A stretch of DNA of 63,977 nucleotides, counting the filler, from Chiloscyllium plagiosum (Eukaryota): assembly GCF_004010195.1 (NCBI RefSeq). It is 8 parts of 8 records of this genome, joined end to end, with 100 filler letters (N's around TTAATTAATTAA, not from the genome) between each part and the next. Parts side by side here need not be neighbours in the genome. Positions count along the whole stretch, not along the records: positions 18,663 to 27,024 come from NW_025206054.1; positions 27,125 to 44,794 come from NW_025213736.1; 6 more parts are not named here. One strand, given 5' to 3'. Made by a program: the position numbers and the translations under genes. Position 1 is the stretch's first letter, and each line of letters begins with the position of its first letter. The notes under the pieces are model-generated. The model had not been told where the DNA came from and ran no database searches. It saw only the letters and a program-made list of their open reading frames with translations. Positions 23,531 to 35,096 of the stretch are shown here, in pieces.

Positions 23531-26500
23531 ACCGTGAAATTGAGATGGTAGCTGAGAAAGGTGAATCCTGAGAGTGTATTCTCAGTAAGGGAGGGACTTC
23601 AGAGTCAGTGCACACTGTGTTCCCTAATGTATTTCCCGATTACAAGGGGATTTTCTGGAGCCAGGGTCATTACAGTAGTGGCTGCCTGCTCAGCTGATGC
23701 TGGTGAGCCATAGTCATATTTCGATGGTCAATTAGCCCTAAACTAAATGCAGCAATATTACCTTACAGGGAGGGGAGCTGTCTGAATGAGGGAGGTTAAA
23801 CTCTTGCAGCCCCAAGAGGCCCAAACTCACACATTCCTGAACACAATGGGCAATTTTAACATGACCAATTCACCTAACCTGCACATGTTCGGAATGTGGG
23901 AGGAAACCCACACAGACACGGAGAATGTGCAAACTGTGCAGAAGCAGTCACCTGGGGCTGGAATCGACCCAGGTCCCTAGTGCTGTGAAGCAGCAGTGCT
24001 AACCACTGAGCTACCTTGCCATCCATTAAAAAAAGCCCAAAGAGTTGAGCTTTTGTTAATCTCCATGAGCCTGAGGTGATATAAACTATAAACACACAAC
24101 CCTCTGCCAGGGAAGGTCGTGGAGGGTGGAAACCTCACAATCTTTAAATAGAATAACATTTAAGGATCTGGAACAAGTGCAGGAAATTGGGATTAGAGTG
24201 CCTTTCGTGGTAGCTATGTTGGTGCAGACTCAATGGGCCAAAGGGCCTTTTCTGCGCTGTGTCAATCTATGCTTCATGCTGAGAGGACAGTGCAAGTTAA
24301 TGGTGACTAGGTTAGGCTGTTCCAAGATGGCAAACTCATCATCAAGGATCAGAGGAAATGGCTCAAGCTTCAGTGAAGGCCCAAGTAGGTGCTTGGCAGG
24401 AGGGTCAAGGCTAATGGAGACAAGGTCAATGGAGACTGAGCGAGGGCACAGGGTGCTGGCTGGCATCTCCAGGAGTTGTAATGAGGCATGTGGGGACAAG
24501 AGGGGAGTGTGGAGGGAGGGAGTGCAGTTCCAGATGAAATGCGACCTTTACCAGCAGCAACGTGACCTTCAGCACCAGGGGGTGTCCCTGACTGTGTCGG
24601 GCTCACTGGCTGCTCTTTGTGTGATTCCACACAGCCACTTGTCTGGTCAACATGCAAAGCCTTGCTTGTGTCTACACTACCATCTACACCACCGTCTGCA
24701 CCCACTGTCTGCACCCAGCATTCACAGCCATTGTCTGCACCCTCCATTTACACCTCCCATATTTCTGCTGTTGTAAGATTGTATCCAATAATTCCATTGA
24801 GATTACTGCAACAGAAACCTGAATTTCAGAATTAGCAATGATTATCTTCAAACCCTGACCTTCAAAGTCTGTGTTCCACAATGAGCTGATTAATATTAAT
24901 TACTGAATGCCATTTGATTTCTGTGATGGCAGGCCTGACGAGAGGTTGAGTTGGTAAGGATTGTGTTCACTGGAGTTGAGAAGAATGAAGAAAGGGAATC
25001 TTGGAGAAAGCTATAAAATTGGAACCAGACAAGACAAATGGAGTTTGGATGTTCCCACTGGTGAGAAGTTCAGAACCAGGGCTCATAGTTTAAGGTTGAG
25101 GGGTAAACCCTATAGGACAGAGACGAGGAAAAATGTCTTCACCCAGAGAGTGGTGATCCTGTGGAATTCTCTGTCACAGAAAGTGGTTGATGCCAAAACA
25201 TTATGTTTTCAAGAAGGAGGTAGAGATAGCTCTTGTGGCTAAAGAATCAAGGGATATGGGAGTAGAGAGGGATTACAGTATAGTGCTCAATGATCAGCCA
25301 CAATAATTTTGAATGGCAGAGCAGGCGGGAGGGGCTGAATGGCCTACTCATGCTCCTATCCTCTATGTTTGTATGGAGCATAAAATAGATTGCCAGGTGG
25401 AGATCACTCTGTCAGATGGGTAAGTATCCATTCACAGATTCTACCAACACCACTACCATTCCATTTTAATTGGGCCCACTCCCTCTCTTCCTACGTCTTT
25501 GTTATTTGACCAGTGACCACACCTCCCCACCACCATGTCCCACACACATCACCCCCCCAGCCCTGGCGGGAGCTGTGCTTGTTACCCATTGCTTGTTTTA
25601 ACTTACTAATTGGGTGATGTGATGGTGAAGTTTTCAAAGGCTGGAAGAGCTGAATTCTTATCGCCCCTTGATTTTGTTGTGTGCCTCGATAAAAATATGG
25701 GCGACATAACACAGCTGCCTCACAGAAGGAAGGAGCCAGATTCGAGAGACATACAGCACAGACATAGGCCCTTCGGCCCACCATATCAATGCTGACCAAC
25801 AACCACCAAACTACACTAATCCCATTTACCTGCAGTTGTGTGGAGCCGACTATGCTCTGGCAATTTAAGGGCTCATCCAAATGTTTTTTAAAGGTTGTGA
25901 GATTTTCAGCCTGCACCACCCTCTCAGGCAGTATGTTCCATATACCTACCACACGCTGGGTCAAAAAATACTTTCACCTTAATCTTATGACCCCTGGTCT
26001 TAAACAGATCTGGGTGAGGAATGGAGGCTGCAGAACAGTGTGAGAGGTCAGGAGTGGAGAGAGGGAGAACAGTTTGAGCGTGAGAAATGGAGGCTGGAGC
26101 AGGAAGACACTTGTGTTCTGGAAAGCATTACATATAGGGAAGAGATCCAAGAGCTGGTAGGAATAGTCTCCATGCTTCCTAACAGTAGCTTTATGGTGGG
26201 AAAGAGAATAAATCAGGAGATAATGAGGGCCTGGAATTAAGGCTGCTCATTCATTACAAATGACTTTAATCCTTATGTCGATTGTTTATAGCCAGAATTT
26301 TCTTTTTAATTCATTCACAGGATGAGGGCGTCACTGACTCAGACAGCATTTATTGCCCACCCCTAATTGCCCCAGAGGGCAGTTAACAGTCATCCACATT
26401 GTTGTAGGATTGGATTCCCATGTAGGCCAGACCAGGGAAGGATGGCAGTTCCCTTCCCTAAAGGACATTAGTGAACCAGATGGGCTTTCCTGACAATCGA

Positions 26501-27203
26501 CATGAATTCATGGTCATCATTAGGCTCCTCACTGCAGATTTTTAAAATTGATTTCAAATTCCCCCATCTGCCACGGTGGGATTTGAGCCTGTGTCCCCGG
26601 AACCATATATAGGTCTCTGTGCATTAATCACAGAAGGTCAGTATGTAGATACAGCAAGTCATCAGGAAAGCTCATAGAACGCTATGGTGTGTTGTGAGGG
26701 GAAACTGAATGCAAGACTTCATTGAAACATGCAAGATCCTGAGGGGCCTTGACCGAGTGGATGTGGAAAGGAAGTTTCCTCTTGTGGGAGAGTCCAGAAC
26801 CAGGGATCACAGTTTAAAATTAAGGGAGAGACCATTCAAAACAGAGACTTGGAAACATGTTTTTAATCTCAAAGGTTGCCAGTCTTTGGAATTCCCTTCC
26901 TTAAAGGGCAGTGGATGCAGAATCTTTAGATATTTTTAAGGCAGAGGTCGATAGATTCTTGATGACTGAAGGGATGGAACATTATTGGAGAATGTAAAGT
27001 TGAGGTTTAAATCAGATCAACCACNNNNNNNNNNNNNNNNNNNNNNNNNNNNNNNNNNNNNNNNNNNNTTAATTAATTAANNNNNNNNNNNNNNNNNNNN
27101 NNNNNNNNNNNNNNNNNNNNNNNNCCTGCACTCAGTGCTCTGACCAATGAAGGTACATGTGCCAAACCCTTTCAATACACTCGGTGCTTGAGGCAATGCT
27201 TTC

Positions 27204-27418
27204 AAGAATCTATGAGTCTGAACCCTCAGGGTCCTCAGTGTTCAACATCACTACCCTGTGCCCTAACATTAACTCTGTAAGAATCTATGAGTCTGGACCC
27301 TCAGGGTCCTCACACTACCCTGTGCCCTAACATTAACTCTGTAAGAATCTATGAGTCTGGACCCTCAGGGCCCTGTGTTTAACATCACTACCCAGTGCCC
27401 TACCATTAACTCTATAAG
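27204..27418. repeat. Tandem triplication of a ~65-75 bp unit
   Basis: AAGAATCTATGAGTCTG(A/G)ACCCTCAGGG...CACTACCC.GTGCCCTA.CATTAACTCT.T three times; single copy at ~50466-50540. Confidence 0.9.
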
Positions 27419-27886
27419 TTGTGACCTGATTTGTCTTCTCAAAAAGCAACACGTCGTATTCATTTAAATTAAACTCCATCTGCCACTTCTCAGCCCATTG
27501 GCCCAGTTGTTCAAGATCTCATTGTACGTTTAGATAACTTTCACTGCCAGTTATACCACCAATGTTGGCGTTACGTGCAAACTTACAAACCATGCCCCAT
27601 TCAATGTTTTCATGGCTTTCAACCAATATTGTACCCTGTTTGCCTTTCTCCCACATATCCGTAGCATTTTTTTAAGGATTGAAGAAATCTATCTCCTTAT
27701 TGAAATCATTTAATGTTTTGTCCTCAATCAATTTCTGTGGTGGAGAATTCCAAATGTTCACCATTCTTTTGCTGAACAGTAAACAATCAGGTTCAATGTT
27801 ATCGGGGTGTTGTCAAGACTGGTCAGCAGCAAGATTAATGATGATCCCATGAATGGAATTGCCTTCTAGAGGGGCCGAGGTGCCTT

Positions 27887-28072
27887 AGAACATAGAACAT
27901 AGAAGAATACAGCGCAGTACAAGCCCTTCGGCCCTCGATGTTGCGCCTACCCAAGCCCACCCAACCTACACTAGCCCACTATCCTCCATATGCCTATCCA
28001 ATGCCCGCTTAAATGCCAATAATGAGAGAGTGTCCACCACTGCTACTGGCAGGGCATTCCATGAACTCACGA
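27887..28072 (-). mobile_element. Short CR1 3' tail insertion specific to this IgM cluster
   Basis: (AGAACAT)n tail; absent from the paralog at ~51005; CCTT on both sides. Confidence 0.8.
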
Positions 28073-31000
28073 CCTTCTTCAGCTTCCATTTTGCATGCTG
28101 ACATGTCCCTTCGGCAGCATGTTCCAAAATTGTGATCCATGAGGATAAGGGCGTACATGTTTGTAAATGCTTCTCCTGAAAGCTTTCCTCCAAATCAGAC
28201 TTTAACTTGGCTCTCAACTAGTTCCCTGCCCGTTTCCTCTTCCTCAATCACAGCCATGGGGCTCACTTCCTAACAGCGCTGTGAATGTGCTAATACNNNN
28301 NNNNNNNNTGACACTTCCACCTGTCTAGACACCTGTCTAGAGATTCAAACAACCACTGGAAGAATTGAAAATTATTTGAGGCACGTGGTTTCCTTTTGTG
28401 TGATTTGACTGTGTTTTCACTGAATGAACAGAGCTATTTCTTAATCATACAATAGGAATGAAGCTTCCCTAATTTTTAGCAAGGCGATCACACATTATAT
28501 TTCTTTATTCCAGGGAAATATAGTGTTAAATTAATGAAATATGATGATTGGGATGTTTCAATTGGAAATTATCAGAGATTTAAAGTTTACTTTCTTGAGC
28601 AATTAACTCCAGCCTCATTGTGTCATAGTACTCACAGGAATGTCTTTCAGAAATGGTGTCTCCCTTTGTTATGGGCAGTCGAATCAGTAAATATGGGATA
28701 GGTTTTTGCTTGTTAATCAAAGCTGTTGAAGAGTTTTAGCTAAAGGGAGACCTGTGGATTTAGCTCACAGATGCACCATGATCTAAGTAAGTGGTGGAAG
28801 AGCTCGAGGGGCTGAGTGCCCTCCTCTTGCTCCTACCTTCCTATCATTGTGTCATTCATTAAGCTAGCACTGGCGGTGAACACTTTTTATTAAAATATTT
28901 CAATAACTTAATTGTTTCACACATGCTTTAAAAAAACAAACTTCTGTTGATTATTTGGAACCGGATCATTGGCATTCTCTATTTGAGTGATCAAAAGGAC
29001 TTCCACCCACTTACAGCAGCCACTGCACTCTGGAGTGTGTTGTTACTTCATAATAGTTTCTTGTGAAACTACAGCTCGAGATCTGGGCGCTCAAATTCAA
29101 TGATTCTCTGATATTTAATATCTCTGAACATTCGCAATCTGTTCAAATGCATCTTTTCTCTGAAGAACGTGTTTAATCGAACAGAACTTTTTTCAATGAA
29201 ACAACAAACTTTAAATGTTAGAAAACCAAAATAAAAGACAGAAATTTCTGAAGAAACTCAGCAGGTCTAGCAGCTCCTATGGAGAGAAGGCAAGGTTAAC
29301 CTTTCGCATCCAGAGACCCCCTCTTCAGCAAATTGTTTTCATGTTTTTGGCGCAAGAGCTCACACCTGTTGAGATAAACAGTGATTACGTTGGCTTGACT
29401 CCTGTTGGAAAAATGAATTCTTAGCAGAGGTACTGGATGGTCTGACATAGCAATTGAAGACCAACTGAAAAGCTATCACCATCTGCTGCAAGTGTTGGAT
29501 TCAGCAGAACCCCCATCGTACTGAACAATCAGATTCAGCCACAGCACTAGTTTAATATAAAGTAAAACAGCCTAAGCATAATCTCATCAAATATGCTTCG
29601 AAAATGATTCATTCTGGATTAGTTATAAATGATATTGTTCGAACAGTATGTCAAAAGATGGGATTTCTTTGAGCACATTCTCCATTAACCCCATCTAGCG
29701 ATGCCCAAAAGCTTGTGAACAAATATTGATCTGGAAAAAGCTGCTAACCACCAAAATTCTGTTTAATATCTAAGAGACACAAGTCAGGACAGCGATTGAA
29801 TAGATTTCACTGGCCTCTGTGAGTGGAATTCCAACAAACAGCCAAACATTTCAATCTGCTTTCTTGCACTGAATTAACCTGATAAGAGATGGTATAATAT
29901 AGCTCTCTAACAGGTTGTAAGTGAACACAGGCCACCTGGTACAGAATCAGGGACCCTACTACAACTTCACAACAGACCTGAACACAATGAGCTCGACACT
30001 ATCACGGAGAACACAGCCCACCTGTTTTGACAGTACATAAACCATGTTAGTTATTAACACCTTCCAACAATCGGGGATTGTTCCAGAATGTTTGTACAAT
30101 GAAAGTAACATTTCAACATTTATCCAAGAATACTTTGACAGCAGCTCCAAATTGTTCACACTCTATGGGAACTACAGAGAAATAAAACTAGGAATTTCAT
30201 TGCCATCAATTCACTGTCACTGGATTTCAACCGAGATATCCCTTCCTCTTTCACCTGTGAATGTTGCTGCACCAGACGGTCTACGTAGTTTGAAAAAGAT
30301 TAAAATGATTTGAAGTGTAATATGACCGTTGCCAGTGACATTAAAAGCTGATAATAGGTTTTCAAATAATAAGATGCAAAAAGAATTCTGATTCTACATT
30401 GTGCCACGAAACATGTCCTGCACAACTGAGGCGCAAAGAAAATATACAACATATTTCCCTCTGCCTCACTCAATCAAATATCTATTGTTGCCAACAACCA
30501 ATGTCAAAACGCTTGCTATCTGCCTTTTGTTCCTGAAACGTTTGTTCTGATTGGAACAACTTAGTCAGGGCTCTCAATTCTGAGGCACCTAATCGAATAT
30601 TGTATTTCTGGCAGATAAAAGTGCTTTTGAAGCTCGAGATGAAATTGAACTGTCTGAGATTCAGGAATCCGAACTGGACAATTTACAAGTGCTCAGGACC
30701 GTTGACAAGTGAGTCAGAGATAGCACTGAAACAAACTGTACAACAGACTTAATGCTAGAGGATACATTGCTCAACTCCTCACGTCAAATATATTCACTGT
30801 AATTGAACATTCATCAGAATGTGAACGAGAATGTGTTCACAATGAACATAAATAACCACTGAGTTAATAAACTTAATAAGTCGTTGCATTTAACAAAATT
30901 ATTGAGGTGGGAAATATCACACAGATCTGGAGGAAATGGATTCTTGTCTAAATTATTTTTTACATATTCTTAAAACGTTCCTTGAACTGTGGAGATTTTG

Positions 31001-31180
31001 CATGCACTGCATAAAGTCAATACTGCATTCCAGTGTGGAAAGCATTTCTGTTGAAGGAACTAGGGCAAGGTCATTTTCTTGTTAACTGCTTTTAATAAAC
31101 AAAAATGTTTAAAAAGGTATGAATTGAAAACATGCTTCTGTCTGGAGTTGCCCGCTTTAGCGGATGTCTAAGTAAATGTG

Positions 31181-32053
31181 GGCACTGCTGCCTCACAGAT
31201 CCAGGTACCCAGGCTCGGTTCCAGCCTCGGGTGACTGCCTATGTGGAGTTTACACAATCTCCCCTGTGACTGTGTGGATTTCCTCCCACAATCCAAAGAA
31301 GTGCATGTCAGGTGAACTGGTCATGCTATATTGTCTATAGTGTTAGGTGCATTAGTCAGGGGTAAATATAGGGTAGGGGAATGGGTCTTTGTGGGTTACT
31401 CTTCAGAGGGTCGGTGTGGACTTGTTGGGCCAAATGGCCCGATACATACTGCAGGAAATCTAATCTAAATGTTTGTCACACTAAACTAATGTGAGCAGAT
31501 TCCTTCCGATCGCTACATTGCAATAAATCTGTCAAGTCTATTAATTAAAATAAATATTACTCTATTTTCAGTGTCTGAATAAACAATGTGATCTGTTATC
31601 GTCTAGTTCATGTCTTCTGCAAATTTGTGAAATCTGCATACGTCTGAACACTTCGATGTAAATTGAATTCTCTGTGTTTGCAGCAAGTACTCCCATGATT
31701 TTAAGAGTAGAGTTCCTACAGTATGGAAACAGGCCATTTGGCCCAACAATTCCACACTGACCCTCTGGACAGTAAGTAGCCCAGCCAGACCCATTCACCC
31801 TAAGTTATATTTACAACTGACTAATGCACCCTAACCTACACATCACTGAACACTATGGCTGTGCTAAATTGCAAACTCACCTGACCTGCACATCTTTTGG
31901 ACTGTGGTAGGAAGCCAGAGCGCCCGAAGGAAACCCACGCAGACACAGGGAGAATGTGCTAACTCCACACAGGCAGTCACCCGAAGGTGGAATCGAATTT
32001 GGGACCCTGGCGCTGTGAGGAAGCAGTGCCAACCACTGAGCCACCATGCTGCC
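31181..32053. mobile_element. Convergent pair of HE1/V-SINEs in the JH-C-mu intron
   Basis: Plus copy ~31181-31470 and minus copy ~31715-32053; the same pair is at ~55437-55725 and ~55970-56308. Confidence 0.85.
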
Positions 32054-33605
32054 CTGCGAGTTCTGAGTGGAATATTTTAATTAATTTGAAATTTGGCCTT
32101 GGTCACATAATTCACTATAGCAGTTGTTTCCGAAAGAATGACTCTTCAGTTGATATTTTGTTGTAAAATGTAACTATTTATTTAAAATGCACAGATTGGG
32201 AACACCTAAAGCACTGTGCAGATTAAATAATTCAGTTAATGTTTTATTTTTATCCTGCAAATCCAGTTTAATCAGGGACATAACAATTAATTAACTCAAG
32301 TTACGTGTGAAACTGATCAAAGCAGTGAAACTGACCTGTTCTTCATAGAATTGAGCAGAATTTCCAAATGGTCTTTGCCAATGATCTTTTCCAGCCAGAA
32401 AAATATGTATGTAGTGTACAGCGGAATTGAAAGCTGTTTCTTGATCAATTATAACACAGTCGTGGCATTTTTGCTCAAGAGCAAGAACTATTAGAAGTTT
32501 AGACTTTTGAAATTCTATTTATATTTCTCTATGACTTGTAAACTGTTTAAAGACAGACCTTGTGACTGAACTAGATAGTGGAGTTCTGAATGTGGATTGT
32601 AAAGCATGGATTAGATTAATCCTTAATTATTACTTTTAAGTAAAAATGGCGCCCGAAGGTATCTGTTTTCCCTTCATTTCCAAAACCTTTGCGATTTGCC
32701 TTTCACTTAATAATAGGTTTTATGAAATTTCAACTCGCATGCTGATTGCATTGAATGAGGAACCTGCAGCGATTCACTGTCGCCAACCGTGTTAACATTG
32801 CGAAAACAATGTAGAAACCAAAAATGGTTTCCCAAATTTAATGTTACCCAAGCACAGTCCCTCCTCAACAGATCAACGATCACCAGATCACAACACGGTG
32901 TGTTTGCAGCAGAACTAGCTCTGCAAACATTTTCAACAGAACCAAGAACATGATGTAACCTCACCAAAAAAATCCAAATTGAAGTCGAACAAAGCTGCTC
33001 AGAATCAAGCAAACTAATGATTAAATTGAATAGAAATAACAAATCATAACAGCAACCTTGTTTGTGAGGGGACTTAACACTTAAAGCTGTAACGTTTCTG
33101 GCAACAGTTCAATTTATTTCCAACCTGTACACCCTTCTTGATCGTGACAATCTTGTGCAGCGCACTGAATGGACAAATATTACCACATTATAATTTTAAG
33201 TTAGTTTCAATTACATAATCTGATCAATTCTGCAGTTTCAGATTTTAGTCCCAGTTTTTTATTTTGAATGAGGCTACTCAAAACAAAATTTAGTTAGTTT
33301 ACAATTAGAACTGAGTTTTTTTTATAAGTCAATGCATTAAAAACTCGTTTTTTTTCATTTCTCACACTTGCGGGTTTCTGCCTTAAATTGTTTTTCAGAC
33401 CGTTACAAATGGATGTAATGTTTTCAATCAAGCAGAGAAAAATGTGTCATATAAGTTTAACAAATGCAGAAATGATTCATGTAAAACAAAAGAACTTCAC
33501 AAATATTGGTAATGAAAAGTAATCCAGAGAGTCAATCTCCTCACCAGAAAGAAAACACCAATTCAGAAAGCATGAAAACGCAGATCAATTTCACAAACTG
33601 AATAA

Positions 33606-33900
33606 GAATCCAATCAACTCAATTCAACAGAATCAAGGAAAATAAAATCAGAATCCAATCAACTCAAAACAACAGATTTGAATGAATTATAATCAGAATC
33701 CAAACAATTCAATTCAACAGAATCAAATAAAACAATTTTCAAAGCCAATCAACACAATTCAACAAAACTAAGTAAAAACAAAGTCAGAATCCAAACAACT
33801 CAGTTCAAACCGATCAACTAAAACAAAGCCAAAATCCAATCAACTCAATTCAACAGAATCAAGTAAAACAAACTCAGAATCTAATCAACAGAATGCAATA
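33606..33900. repeat. 45-bp imperfect tandem repeat (about 6.5 copies) downstream of JH
   Basis: GAATCCAATCAACTCAATTCAACAGAATCAAG.AAAA.AAA.TCA units starting near 33606, 33651, 33696, 33741, 33787, 33832, 33877. Confidence 0.85.
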
Positions 33901-34406
33901 TAGCACCGCAAGAAAATTTTATGACAGTTTCTAACCTGCTTGTCATCAACAAAATTAACAAAATAAATGAGAAAATATAATCAGGCTAAGAACATATATT
34001 CAAGAAATGAATAATGATATTTTAGCATATTTTAATCATGTTTGGTAATATCTCGAACATCTTTGAATTCTTAGCGTTTGTTGTTGATAATAAAACTCAC
34101 AGTCAGGGTCTCACTGACATTAAACATTATTTATAGCTGACTGATTAAGAGACATTAGGTGTTTCAAGTAACCCAGCCACACAGAATGCCCATCTGACCA
34201 AAAAAAGAGATACACCGAGCAACTGACTCCATCATCCCCATTGTAACTATTTGCTGAGCCTTAACTGAAGTCTATAATCAGTCTGAACAAAAATCAATCC
34301 GAACCAAACCAAACTCAGCATAGAATCTGAGTTTCATTTAATTCAGAAATTAGTCACATGAATAGAAAGTTTTTAAAAAATCACTAAGAAAGTTCAAAGT
34401 TCTTAC

Positions 34407-34471
34407 CTGAAGTCACTGTCACCATGGTCCCTTGGCCCCAGTAATCAAGACCCCAGTACCCACTGTCGTAT
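34407..34471 (-). other. Pre-joined IgH D1-D2-J segment (open frame YDSGYWGLDYWGQGTMVTVTS)
   Basis: ATACGACAGTGGGT (D1) + ACTGGGGT (D2-like) + CTTGATTACTGGGGCCAAGGGACCATGGTGACAGTGACTTCAG|gtaaga; the internal RSSs and intervening DNA seen in the paralog are absent. Confidence 0.92.
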
Positions 34472-34499
34472 CACAATGATGTAGACCAGTACACTCATT
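34472..34499 (+). promoter_or_regulatory. 12-RSS on the 5' side of the joined DDJ
   Basis: CACAATG, 12-nt spacer ATGTAGACCAGT, nonamer ACACTCATT. Confidence 0.85.
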
Positions 34500-34859
34500 C
34501 TCTGTTGTTTACTCGAGGTCTCAATTTTCATTTGAAAGAGCCATTTAGTTCTGATCATGTTTAGAATTAATGCCATAGTCGACGTAACAATTAGCAGTGA
34601 TTTCCTGAGCTGTCAGATATACTAAAACTAACATTTTGTCAGAGCATTTAATTAATGGAAGTGTTAGCAGTACATATGACATGCCCAAAACATTGTCCCA
34701 TTGTGTCACCAGTTTGCTAGTTTAAATGGTACATTTCCTCTTTGATAGTTTTGTAAGAGGCAGCCTGAGGTCTGCTTCAGATTGCAGTTGGTATAATTGC
34801 ATTTAAAACTCGTACTGACCGTCAGTTTATGATGGAATTGACAAAATGTTCCCTCGAGC

Positions 34860-34898
34860 TGTTTTTGAATGGGTCCAGCCCTGGTTCCTCTCGCTGTG
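34860..34898 (-). promoter_or_regulatory. 23-RSS 3' of the VH stub
   Basis: CACAGCG, 23-nt spacer, TCAAAAACA. Confidence 0.9.
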
Positions 34899-34919
34899 GT
34901 CTCACCTCCGACTGGACAC
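34899..34919 (-). pseudogene. VH exon stub (21 nt; V domain deleted)
   Basis: tttaaag|GT GTC CAG TCG GAG GTG AGA C then the heptamer; the paralogous exon (59996-60300) is 305 nt. Confidence 0.9.
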
Positions 34920-35047
34920 CTTTAAAAAAGAAAACAAATAAACCATGAGCATTAATGCTGATGACATGATGGCTGAGTCTTTTACATTCCAGCGGTAGAC
35001 TAACATTGAGACAGTAACAAAGAGAGACTTGAACAAAAAACACTCAC

Positions 35048-35096
35048 ATGATAACAAAGTCAGTAACAAACTGAGAAAAATTGTCGACACAATCAT
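35048..35096 (-). CDS. IgH V leader exon ([16 protein letters not shown])
   Basis: ATG at 35096, hydrophobic signal peptide, phase-1 donor T|gtgagt; TATAAA at 35184-35189. Confidence 0.9.

Noticed and set aside
24126-24776. 216-aa ORF and its paralog at 3041-3412 as a novel gene downstream of kappa C
   Set aside because: No recognisable domain, frames differ between the paralogs, and no splice signals were identified; similarity is explained by cluster duplication.
2640-25260. Large inverted duplication of two kappa C regions flanking the MHC gene
   Set aside because: The homology is real (paralogous kappa clusters), but relative orientation and spacing cross artificial linkers.
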